DNA of 64,000 nt. Origin: an uncultured Alphaproteobacteria bacterium (GTDB taxonomy: Bacteria; Pseudomonadota; Alphaproteobacteria; RF32; CAG-239). The notes beneath the pieces are model-generated. The model worked only from the letters and a program-made list of their open reading frames with translations. It made no database searches and had not been told where the DNA came from. The stretch spans positions 2,839 through 66,838 of the forward strand of contig CAKQLF010000006.1 in the NCBI GenBank assembly GCA_934254585.1, in the 5' to 3' direction. The position numbers were made by a program, and so were the translations under genes. Of this stretch, positions 31,994 through 40,415 are shown piece after piece. Position 1 is the stretch's first letter, and each line of letters opens with the position of its first letter.

Positions 31994-32650
31994 ATGGTAA
32001 AATTTATCTCAGCGGCCGAAGCTGCTCTTTTTTTTGAAGATAATCAAAGCATAATGATTGGCGGTTTTTTGAAATGCGGCTCACCAACAATGGTTATTGA
32101 AGAATTGCTAAAAACGCCGGTCAAAAATTTAACCCTGATAGGTAACGACACTTCGCTGCCGAACTCTGACAGAGGCAAGTTGATTTGCGCTTACAAGATA
32201 AAAAAAGCCATTGTTTCGCATATCGGTACAAATCCGGAAACAGTTGCACAAATGAACAGTGGACAGTTAGAGGTTGAACTAACCCCCCAAGGTTCTTTAG
32301 CCGAACGCATTCGCGCCGGAGGTGCGGGTTTGGGCGGCATCTTAACACCTACGGGTGTTGGTACCGATGTGGCTGCCGGAAAACAAATTATAAACGTTGA
32401 TGGAACAGATTATATTTTGGAAAAGCCTCTGAAAGCCGACATTGCCTTGGTTTATGCCACTCACGCCGACAGATTCGGTAATTTATCATTTTTCGGCTCA
32501 ACCCGCAATTTTAACGCCATTATGCCTTTTGCCGCAAAGTTAGTTATTGTGGAAGCCGATTATCTTCACGACGAGCCACTTGACCCCAACAACGTTATTG
32601 TTCCGGGGATTGTGGTGGATTATATTGTGGCCAAGGAGAAGGTAAAATGA
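31994..32650 (+). CDS. scoA: 3-oxoacid CoA-transferase subunit A
   Basis: 218 aa. IMIGGFLKCGSP and a glutaconate/3-oxoacid CoA-transferase A-subunit fold. Confidence 0.88.
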   Translation: MVKFISAAEAALFFEDNQSIMIGGFLKCGSPTMVIEELLKTPVKNLTLIGNDTSLPNSDRGKLICAYKIKKAIVSHIGTNPETVAQMNSGQLEVELTPQGSLAERIRAGGAGLGGILTPTGVGTDVAAGKQIINVDGTDYILEKPLKADIALVYATHADRFGNLSFFGSTRNFNAIMPFAAKLVIVEADYLHDEPLDPNNVIVPGIVVDYIVAKEKVK

Positions 32651-33315
32651 TGTTAAACAAAGATGAAATGCAAGAAATAATTGCCAAACGCGTGGCTCAA
32701 GAGTTTCACAATAATGATGTTATAACTTTGGGGATTGGCTTGCCAACCAAAGCCGTTACCTATTTACCGGACAATGTGGAAGTTATTGTGCAGTCAGAAA
32801 ACGGTGTGTTGGGAGTTGGAGCTTATCCACACGAATCCGCAAAAGACGAGCGAATCACCAATGCCGGCGGAGTTGGAGTTACAATTAATCAGGGCGGCTG
32901 TTTTATAGACAGTCTTACTTCTTTTGGTCTTATGCGTGGCGGACATATCGATATTACCGTGCTCGGAGCTTTACAGGTTGATCAGGAAGGAAACTTGGCT
33001 AACTGGTGTATTCCGGGGAAATTTACGCCGGGAATGGGTGGAGCTATGGACCTGGTAATTGGCACTAAAAAACTGATTATTGCAATGGAACACACATCTA
33101 AGGGTTTGCCTAAAATTATGAAAAAATGCACCCTTCCCCTCACCGCCGCTCATAAAGTAAATTTGATTATCACCGAAAAAGGCGTGTTTGAGGTAACGCC
33201 AAACGGCTTGCTTTTACGCGAGATTAGCCCTTATTCTTCATTAGAAGATATAAAAGAAACCACTGAAGCTGATTTTATCGTGGCTTTGACCGGCAATTAT
33301 AAAGCTGTTGTCTGA
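32647..33315 (+). CDS. scoB: 3-oxoacid CoA-transferase subunit B
   Basis: 222 aa. SENGVLGVG with the catalytic-Glu region. Overlaps the scoA stop. Confidence 0.88.
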   Translation: MMLNKDEMQEIIAKRVAQEFHNNDVITLGIGLPTKAVTYLPDNVEVIVQSENGVLGVGAYPHESAKDERITNAGGVGVTINQGGCFIDSLTSFGLMRGGHIDITVLGALQVDQEGNLANWCIPGKFTPGMGGAMDLVIGTKKLIIAMEHTSKGLPKIMKKCTLPLTAAHKVNLIITEKGVFEVTPNGLLLREISPYSSLEDIKETTEADFIVALTGNYKAVV

Positions 33316-33320
33316 TTTTA

Positions 33321-33497
33321 TTGATTTATTAAAAAGTATTTGCTATAATCATGGTGTTTAATAATTAACTATTTTTATGAGGAAAGAAAGATGAAAAATA
33401 AGCTTAGCAAAGGTCTCTCTCTCTCTCTCTGCAAATCCTAAATGTCTGATTAAAGGCATATTTTCTGCCGCTACAGACGTTTTTGCAAGTTTTTTCA
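33321..33497 (+). promoter_or_regulatory. Pilin-family 5' cassette, copy 2
   Basis: TTGATT at 33321-33326, a 17-nt spacer, then the extended -10 TGcTATAAT at 33341-33349. GAGGAAAG RBS with ATG at 33391. (CT)8 at 33415-33430. GTCTG..GGCA..UGCC..CAGAC hairpin followed by GTTTTTGCAAGTTTTTT. Confidence 0.65.
33415..33430 (+). repeat. (CT)8 tract, one unit longer than in copies 1 and 3
   Basis: Counted directly as ctctctctctctctct. Confidence 0.9.
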
Positions 33498-33829
33498 GAA
33501 AAAATGATGTATGCGAGAATAACAAGCACAGCACGAAACTGGCAGGCGGCACAAAGCAAGCAATTCTAGCACCAGTCATTCTAAGCCCTGTGCCTAGAAT
33601 CTTGTTGCAACAAGGTACTAACCTAGTCAATAAATTTGCCTTATTATTACATAAGTGTCGGTTCGCACAAGATTCTCGGGACAAGCCCGAGAATGGCGGT
33701 AGCTGGAGGTGTTGGCTTATTATTTGTTGCTCGTTTTTTAATCACCACTCACCCGACACTACCATGTCGACCGATAAGCCATCAAAGGGATTGGGTGTCG
33801 TGCGTCAATACGCCGCACTTTTGGAACGA

Positions 33830-33849
33830 CGTGTACAGAGTAGTACACG
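33830..33849 (+). promoter_or_regulatory. Perfect 7-bp inverted repeat CGTGTAC-N6-GTACACG, about 25 nt upstream of the GTG start
   Basis: The same inverted repeat occurs twice upstream of copy 4 (63775..63795 and 63889..63908). Confidence 0.5.
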
Positions 33850-33874
33850 AGCGCAAAAATTCCTAGCAGATGGC

Positions 33875-34567
33875 GTGCAGTACGGGAGAAGTATGATTGA
33901 AATGTTAGGCGTTCTGGCCATCATCGGTGTTTTGAGCGTTGCCGGAATCGCCGGTTATTCCAAGGCGATGACTAAGTGGAAAATCAACAAATCCATTGAA
34001 CAAATAGAGCAAATTACCCACAACACATTCACAACTTTTGCCAACCAAAAGGACTTTAGGTCTATATATTCTTCTGACGAAGATGGTATAAACCTTTTTA
34101 AATCTTTAGGCATAATCTCCGAGGATATGATTGTTGATGGTCAGCTAAAAAATTCATTTGGCGGGGATTTAAAACTGTATGCTGGCACATTTAATAGTAG
34201 TTATCTAACTCATTCAGGCGAAAAATATTTTTCACTTGAATACTGGAATATACCACGCGAAGCCTGTATGGCTTTGGGTTCCCTAGATTGGGCTAAAGGT
34301 TCTGATACTGTAATAGGTGTAGGAATCTCACCTAATCGTGATAATGTAATGATAGATCCTACTGAGTGTTGGCTTCTTAATTATCTCACCCTGGATTATC
34401 GCGACGGAGGCTGGTTAGTGGTTTGCAATAATGGTGTTCCAGATGAAGAGTATGGAGAAACGGAAGCTGATAGGATACCTCTGCCAATTCCGCTTGATAT
34501 TGTGGCCGAACATTGTAAATGCAAAGATAACGATTGTTATTTTGGCGTGGCCTTCACCGATAAATAA
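33875..34567 (+). CDS. Type IV pilin-like protein, copy 2. GTG start giving leader MQYG; the frame is open back to 33395
   Basis: QYGRSMIEMLGVLAIIGVLSVAGIAGYSKAM prepilin-type N-terminal helix. C-terminal Cys pairs (CKCKDNDC). Its 5' region is nearly identical to that of copy 4. Confidence 0.65.
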   Translation: MQYGRSMIEMLGVLAIIGVLSVAGIAGYSKAMTKWKINKSIEQIEQITHNTFTTFANQKDFRSIYSSDEDGINLFKSLGIISEDMIVDGQLKNSFGGDLKLYAGTFNSSYLTHSGEKYFSLEYWNIPREACMALGSLDWAKGSDTVIGVGISPNRDNVMIDPTECWLLNYLTLDYRDGGWLVVCNNGVPDEEYGETEADRIPLPIPLDIVAEHCKCKDNDCYFGVAFTDK

Positions 34568-34624
34568 CATCTTTTTCAGAGCTAAAAAATCCCTCATAAA
34601 AGCGCGGGGTTTCGGTATATAACT

Positions 34625-34658
34625 AAAAGCACTATATTGGAAAATACAGTGCTTTTAG
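34625..34658. terminator. Bidirectional terminator hairpin (AGCACT..AGTGCT) flanked by an A-run and a T-run
   Basis: Lies between the convergent pilin copy 2 and mnmA. Confidence 0.5.
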
Positions 34659-34659
34659 T

Positions 34660-35751
34660 TTATTCCATATTTGACTCGATTATGCCACCGCCAAGCAAAA
34701 CTTCGTCAATTTCATTGTTTTTATGATAAAAAACCACCGATTGCCCCGGAGCAATAGCCTTTTGTTTAGCATAAAAACGAACCTCTATTTTGCCCGCAGA
34801 CAGCGGGGTAATTTTCACCGGTGTCGGCTGCTGAGAAGAACGAATCTTGGCCTCACATTCCAATGGTGCGGTTAACTCAGCCACTTCTCCGCATAATTCG
34901 GCGGCAATCAATCCCGAACGTTCGCACTCCTCTTCAAAGCCGACAATAACTTCATTTCTGTCTTTGTTAAACCCAAGAACATACAACGGACGCTCGGCGG
35001 CAATTCCCATTCCGCGCCGTTGCCCAACCGTGTAATGCCAAATTCCCTGATGTTGTCCCAAAACTTTTCCGTCACGGGTTACAAAATTACCAACTTGCGG
35101 TTCATTTTGCAAAATATCGTTAATATCTCCGGTATAAAAATCTTGACTGTCCGGTTTGTCCGAAACTTCAAGTCCAAACTCGCGCGCCAATTCCCGCACC
35201 CGCTTTTTGGTTAGCCCGCCCAACGGCATCAAAACTTTTGAAAGCTGCTCTTGATTTAAGCGATACAAGAAATATGACTGGTCTTTGGTGCTGTCCAATC
35301 CACGCTTAATCACATAACGATTGCGAGATTCATCAAAACAAACTTGCGCATAGTGTCCGGTGGCAAATTTATCAAATTCAATTCCTTTAGCCTTAGCCTC
35401 TTCCGGCAAAGCGTTAAATTTGATGTAGGAATTACACATCACACACGGGTTTGGCGTGCGACCTGCCTTATATTCGTGCTTAAAGTTTTCTAACACCATT
35501 TGCTTATAGCGAGCCGAACAATCCAAAACATAGTACGGGATATCAATTTTTTGACATAACGCGCGCGCGGCCTCAATATCTTGTTCTTCATGCGGTGAAA
35601 AGCAAGAATCGGCATAAACATTGCCGCTGAAATGCGTATTTTTATCCCAAATAGACATTGTCGCGCCAATCACTTCATATCCCTGTTGTTTCAGCAAACA
35701 AGCCGTCACCGAAGAATCTACACCGCCGCTTAAACCAACTAAAACTTTCAT
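34660..35751 (-). CDS. mnmA: tRNA-specific 2-thiouridylase MnmA
   Basis: PP-loop motif VLVGLSGGVDSSV. The start was trimmed to the ATG at 35751 with GAGGTAAAAG upstream. Confidence 0.9.
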   Translation of the reverse strand: MKVLVGLSGGVDSSVTACLLKQQGYEVIGATMSIWDKNTHFSGNVYADSCFSPHEEQDIEAARALCQKIDIPYYVLDCSARYKQMVLENFKHEYKAGRTPNPCVMCNSYIKFNALPEEAKAKGIEFDKFATGHYAQVCFDESRNRYVIKRGLDSTKDQSYFLYRLNQEQLSKVLMPLGGLTKKRVRELAREFGLEVSDKPDSQDFYTGDINDILQNEPQVGNFVTRDGKVLGQHQGIWHYTVGQRRGMGIAAERPLYVLGFNKDRNEVIVGFEEECERSGLIAAELCGEVAELTAPLECEAKIRSSQQPTPVKITPLSAGKIEVRFYAKQKAIAPGQSVVFYHKNNEIDEVLLGGGIIESNME

Positions 35752-35827
35752 ACTTTTACCTCGCACTATTTAAAACAAAGAAACTCCGGACGACAAAATC
35801 CGAAGTCTCTCAGGGAAAAATCCCCAA

Positions 35828-36313
35828 TTAAAACGGAATATCGTCATCCAAATCTGACGGAGCAGAAGCCGGACTGTTATCCCACCCCGAAGATGTGCCG
35901 CCTGCGGCCGGAGCAGATGAAAAAACATCGTTTCCGCCGGCAGGAACACTGTCACCGCCGCTATTTTTAGAATCGAGCATAACCAAAACGCTGTTGAAAC
36001 TTTGCAAAACAACTTCTGTGGTGTAGCGTTCAACACCATTATTATCAGTCCACTTACGAGTTTGCAACTGACCTTCCAAATACACTTTAGACCCCTTGCG
36101 CAAATATCTTTCGGCCGTGTCCGCCAACTGCGGATTAAAAATCACCACGCGATGCCATTCAGTTCTGTCTTTGCGTTCACCGGTGTTGCGGTCTTTCCAA
36201 CTATCGGAAGTAGCCACATTCAAATTCACCACCTTAGTTCCCGATTGGGTGTTATTAACCACGGGATCAGAGCCCAAATTACCAACCAGAATAACCTTGT
36301 TTATTCCAACCAT
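35828..36313 (-). CDS. ssb: Single-stranded DNA-binding protein
   Basis: 161 aa. OB-fold N-terminus, Gly/Pro-rich linker, and an acidic tail ending in DDDIPF. Confidence 0.93.
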   Translation of the reverse strand: MVGINKVILVGNLGSDPVVNNTQSGTKVVNLNVATSDSWKDRNTGERKDRTEWHRVVIFNPQLADTAERYLRKGSKVYLEGQLQTRKWTDNNGVERYTTEVVLQSFNSVLVMLDSKNSGGDSVPAGGNDVFSSAPAAGGTSSGWDNSPASAPSDLDDDIPF

Positions 36314-36404
36314 TATTTTATCCTTACAAAAAAATTAAACTTGTTACAAGCATAACGGCTTTTTGTAAAAGCGCAATCACAAAAAACCGTTGTTGCACAT
36401 TATT

Positions 36405-38666
36405 TTAAGCGGCGTTTTCAACCGGACAAAGTTCGGCCAAAACTTCTTTTTTCAGCGTCACATTATCGGCCTTACCCGTGGCAAATACCGGTAGTTTTTC
36501 GTGATATAAAATCACTCTTGGCAAATAAAGCTCTGACATACCGTTATTTTTAACATATTCGTGCAACATTGCCGAGTTAACTTTTTCATTATTTGTCACC
36601 AAAACAATTTGTTCGCCTTTGCTTTCGTGCGGAATCGAAACTACTCCATAGCTATATTCCGCCCCCATTTCTTTAGTGGCCTCCATAACCATATCTTGCA
36701 CGGCGTTCAATGACACCATTTCGCCGCCGATTTTAGCAAAACGCTTAATGCGGTCTTTAATGGTGAAAAAGCCTATTTCATCCATCTCGACCACATCGCC
36801 GGTGTGATACCAACCATCTTCAGGCGGCACCAAAACTCCGGGGTTTGACGGCAAATAATAACCTTGCATCACATTCGGACCTTTAACGCACAGCTCGCCG
36901 CCGTTGGCAATTCCGTCAACCGGCAAAATTTTGAACTGCATCCCCGGCATAATTTTACCGATAGAACCAAACTTGTTGAAAATTCCATTGTTAGCGGTCA
37001 TAACCGGCGAACATTCCGTCGCTCCGTAAGCTTCCATCATTCTGACACCGGAATGTTCCATCCACATACTGCGAGTATCAGACTTAGCCGCCTCACCACC
37101 GGAATACATCAGACGAATATTGTGAAAATCATAAGGGTGGGCAATTTTGGCGTAACCGCGCAAAAAAGTGTCCGTACCAAGCATTAGAGTCGCTCCAAGC
37201 TCATAAACCAATTCGGCAACCACACGATAGTGCAGAGGAGACGGATATAAAAACAACTTAGAGCCTTCAAACAGCGGAAACAAAGTGCCCACGGTCAAAC
37301 CAAAACTATGAAACATCGGCAGAGCGTTAAACAACAAGTCCTTAAAGTTAATTGTCTGAATTGCCGTCATTTGTTTGATATTAGCAATAATATTGGCGTG
37401 ACTTAAAACAACGCCCTTCGGCGCGCCTTCCGAACCGGAAGTGAATAAAATAACCGCCTTTTTATCGCCACCGGTTTTGTGCGGAATATGCTTAACTTTA
37501 TAACTGATAAAGGCTCCGATTTTAGTCCATAAAGACATTTTTTTCGCAATATCTTCCAAATATACAATATTGCAACCGGCGTTTTTCATATCTTCTACCA
37601 CATTTTCCATTTTGGCTTTGATTACAAACGAACGTGAGGTCAAAACAGTTTTAACCAACGCTGTTTTGCACATAGAAATCATATTCTTGGAGCCCACCGA
37701 AAAGTTAATCATCACCGGAGTGCGATTATAGGCAGAAAGCCCGAAAAACGTGCAAACCGTGGCAATGGCGTTTGGCAGTAACACACCGACATTTTCGTCA
37801 ACCTGAGTGAATTTTTTGAAACTGCGTCCCAAGGCAAATGACGCAACTATAATGTCTTTATACGATTTTTGTTTGCGATTAATGTCTTCTATAATACGCG
37901 GACGCTTAGAAAAGAATCCGGTTCGAGAATAAACCTTGGCGGTTTTCATCAATTGCGCAAACAAAGAAATGTTTTTATCATAGTTAATATTAAAGCACAT
38001 TTCGCGCAAAATCATATAAACTTCATTGCTGATGTGGTCGCGTTGACGACGCAATTCATCTTTCAGCTTGAAGCTACGCGGCTCACCCACATAAATGCGC
38101 ATTTTTGGCAGCGGACGATGCGGAAGTTTGCCTTTAGTCTTAGAAAAATAGCCATATTGCGGACCATCTATCCAGACAGGAATAATTGGAGATTTAGACT
38201 TGTCGGCCACCAACCCCGGAGCCTCGTAAATCTTCATCAAACCACCATTTTCGGTAATGCGGCCTTCGGCAAAAATAACAACCAAACGCCCCTCGTCTAC
38301 TTTAGCTATCAGTTTTTTAATATCTGACGGTTCAATCGGGTTAAATTTTATAACATCGGCTTGTCCCATTAAAAAACTAATCCAATGACGGCGGTATAAA
38401 TGCCCGTTTAAGGCAAAAACCGGATTACCGGGAAGAAATGCAAACAACAAAATCGGGTCCAAATAAGAAACGTGGTTCACCACATAAACACCCTTTTTCG
38501 GCAAATTGTTTACATCAAATTCAAAAATACATTTTGCTTTCATCAAACGCAAAATCGTTCTCAGGCAAAATCTGACAAACTCTTTCACAAGTCCAACCTT
38601 TCTGTTGTTAAATTGATAACATATCAATATAATATTATTAACCTTTTGTAAAGAAAAAATAGACAA
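36405..38666 (-). CDS. aas: Bifunctional 2-acylglycerophosphoethanolamine acyltransferase / acyl-ACP synthetase (Aas-like)
   Basis: 753 aa. N-terminal PlsC acyltransferase motif (NHVSYLDP) and a C-terminal AMP-binding domain (TSGSEGAPKGV, YGATE). The exact start is uncertain. Confidence 0.8.
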   Translation of the reverse strand: MSIFSLQKVNNIILICYQFNNRKVGLVKEFVRFCLRTILRLMKAKCIFEFDVNNLPKKGVYVVNHVSYLDPILLFAFLPGNPVFALNGHLYRRHWISFLMGQADVIKFNPIEPSDIKKLIAKVDEGRLVVIFAEGRITENGGLMKIYEAPGLVADKSKSPIIPVWIDGPQYGYFSKTKGKLPHRPLPKMRIYVGEPRSFKLKDELRRQRDHISNEVYMILREMCFNINYDKNISLFAQLMKTAKVYSRTGFFSKRPRIIEDINRKQKSYKDIIVASFALGRSFKKFTQVDENVGVLLPNAIATVCTFFGLSAYNRTPVMINFSVGSKNMISMCKTALVKTVLTSRSFVIKAKMENVVEDMKNAGCNIVYLEDIAKKMSLWTKIGAFISYKVKHIPHKTGGDKKAVILFTSGSEGAPKGVVLSHANIIANIKQMTAIQTINFKDLLFNALPMFHSFGLTVGTLFPLFEGSKLFLYPSPLHYRVVAELVYELGATLMLGTDTFLRGYAKIAHPYDFHNIRLMYSGGEAAKSDTRSMWMEHSGVRMMEAYGATECSPVMTANNGIFNKFGSIGKIMPGMQFKILPVDGIANGGELCVKGPNVMQGYYLPSNPGVLVPPEDGWYHTGDVVEMDEIGFFTIKDRIKRFAKIGGEMVSLNAVQDMVMEATKEMGAEYSYGVVSIPHESKGEQIVLVTNNEKVNSAMLHEYVKNNGMSELYLPRVILYHEKLPVFATGKADNVTLKKEVLAELCPVENAA

Positions 38667-38839
38667 GTCATCAACAACCTACTTTTTAGCAATAACATTT
38701 TGTTTTTACATTATTTTTCAAATTTTATCCCCAGTTTTACGCCAAAAACTTGCCAAAATTGATATATTACTGTATTGTGCGCCCTACGTAACGCAAATTT
38801 TGTTTGGGTTACCATGTTTTAATAATATAAAGGTTTAAA

Positions 38840-40090
38840 ATGAAAAAGGTTCTTACATTAACCGCCTTGAGCACGCTTTTACTTTCTACAAGCGCAATGG
38901 CTGCCGGCTTCCATTTAAGAGAACAGTCCGCCGCCGCCCAAGGTAACGCTTACGCAGGTGCCACAGCCGGTGCCGAAAATGGTTCTTATGCATATTATAA
39001 TGTTGCGGGTATAACTCGCCAAAAAGGTATGCAGGTAAATTTGGGCGGAACATATATTGCTCCGCGCGCCACAGCTAAAAACGTCAGAGGTCAATCCGGC
39101 GAACGCGGAGCCGACGTTGAAAACGTGGTTCACGCAGCTGTTTCGCCAAACGGAACAGTGTCTTATCAGCTTAACGACAAGGCTTTTGCCGCTATTGCCG
39201 CAAATTCTCAGTTTGGAATGATTACCAAATATGACCCTAAATGGGTTGGTTCCGACCATGGTATTACTTCGGATTTGAAATCAGGCACTATTACCCCGAT
39301 GTTTGCTTATAAGGCAACCGATAAATTATCTTTGGGCGCAGGCGTGCAAATGCAATATGTTTGGGCGCACTTAACCAGCAGCAACACCTTGCCTTATGGA
39401 GTTAGAGTTAACAATATCACAACAAACGGCAACGATTTTGATATGGGTTATCAATTAGGTGCTTTATATGAATTTACAGATTCTACTCGTGTTGGTGTGG
39501 GCTATCGTAGCGAAATAAACCACAAATTAAAGGGCAAAATGAAATCCAGCGTTAGTCCTTCTTCTCCGTTGTTTAATGCTCTAAACCAAAAAATCAGCGC
39601 GAAACTTACGACGCCGGCAATGCTTTCTATGGGCGTTTATCACGATGTGAATGAAAAATGGGCAGTAATGGCCGAATATCAACGCGTGTTCTGGAGTTCT
39701 TTCCAAAACCTGACATTCAAAAGCCAAAACGGCGGTTACACCATTTCCAACGTAAAAGAAAACTGGCGTGACACCAACTTTTATTCTATTGGTACAAGCT
39801 ATATGCTTGATAATCAGTGGAAATTGCGTCTGGGCTTGGCCTATGACCAAAGTGCCGTTCGCTATGCCCACCGCACACCGCGTATTCCGGATTCCGATCG
39901 TATTTGGTATTCCGCCGGTTTGGGTTATCAATATAATGAAAATCTGAGTTTTGATATTGGTTACACTTATATTCAAGCCCACAAAGCCAAAATGAATACG
40001 GCTGTAACTAAAAATTCCGGTTACAACGTTTCTGCCGATTACTCAAATTCGGTGAAAGTATTTGCTTTTTCGTTGAATTACGCATTTTAA
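38840..40090 (+). CDS. fadL: FadL/OmpP1-family outer membrane transporter
   Basis: 416 aa. Signal peptide ending SAMA, then AGFHLREQSA. Beta-barrel with a C-terminal aromatic residue (..NYAF). Confidence 0.85.
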   Translation: MKKVLTLTALSTLLLSTSAMAAGFHLREQSAAAQGNAYAGATAGAENGSYAYYNVAGITRQKGMQVNLGGTYIAPRATAKNVRGQSGERGADVENVVHAAVSPNGTVSYQLNDKAFAAIAANSQFGMITKYDPKWVGSDHGITSDLKSGTITPMFAYKATDKLSLGAGVQMQYVWAHLTSSNTLPYGVRVNNITTNGNDFDMGYQLGALYEFTDSTRVGVGYRSEINHKLKGKMKSSVSPSSPLFNALNQKISAKLTTPAMLSMGVYHDVNEKWAVMAEYQRVFWSSFQNLTFKSQNGGYTISNVKENWRDTNFYSIGTSYMLDNQWKLRLGLAYDQSAVRYAHRTPRIPDSDRIWYSAGLGYQYNENLSFDIGYTYIQAHKAKMNTAVTKNSGYNVSADYSNSVKVFAFSLNYAF

Positions 40091-40105
40091 CGACAGTGTT
40101 TTTTA

Positions 40106-40144
40106 GAAACTCGATTGGAAACAATCGGGTTTCTTTTTTTTATT
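40106..40144 (+). terminator. Rho-independent terminator after fadL
   Basis: GAAACTCGATTG / CAATCGGGTTTC stem followed by T8. Confidence 0.65.
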
Positions 40145-40415
40145 ATTTGTCTTTATAAAAATTTATGCTATATTACAGCTGTTTGGGGATTATCAATACG
40201 CCTAAAAAAAGAATGGTAAATCTTTGAGAATACCGCTCTTAAAATAAAGCTTTGTTTGTTATGGCTGAACCTGAGATTTTAATCCCAAATATAAAAGCTG
40301 AAATTGCGGAAGTTGTGAAAACTTTCGCGCTAGAAGTTTGAGTGTAGAAGTTTGACAATTGTACAGGTAAAAGCGTTTTGCTTGAACTTTACAAAATTTC
40401 CGAAAAGGATATCTT

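Noticed and set aside
33381-33430. Possible anti-SD pairing between the polypurine RBS (GAGGAAAGAAAG) and the downstream (CU)n tract
   Set aside because: Antiparallel alignment gives at most about 4 contiguous pairs including a G-U, which is too weak to claim a sequestering structure.
33866-33895. Mini-ORFs ending in TGA that overlap the ATG of the MIEM motif (ATGA) in all four pilin copies, at first glance a translational-coupling signal
   Set aside because: The TGA is an automatic consequence of Met-Ile codons (ATG ATn) in the +1 frame. In addition, the G-R-S codons upstream of that ATG are conserved at the amino-acid level through synonymous changes, so the pilin frame starts further upstream.
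35770-36039. ORF 35770..36039 and the plus-strand ORFs 36002..36355 near ssb
   Set aside because: They overlap the ssb coding frame, which has a conserved OB-fold and a DDDIPF tail. They are alternative-frame artefacts.
40261-40341. 26-codon ORF (MAEPEILIPNIKAEIAEVVKTFALEV) upstream of pip
   Set aside because: No Shine-Dalgarno sequence and no conservation evidence. It is more likely part of the pip promoter or leader, which also carries a TAGAAGTTTGA direct repeat.
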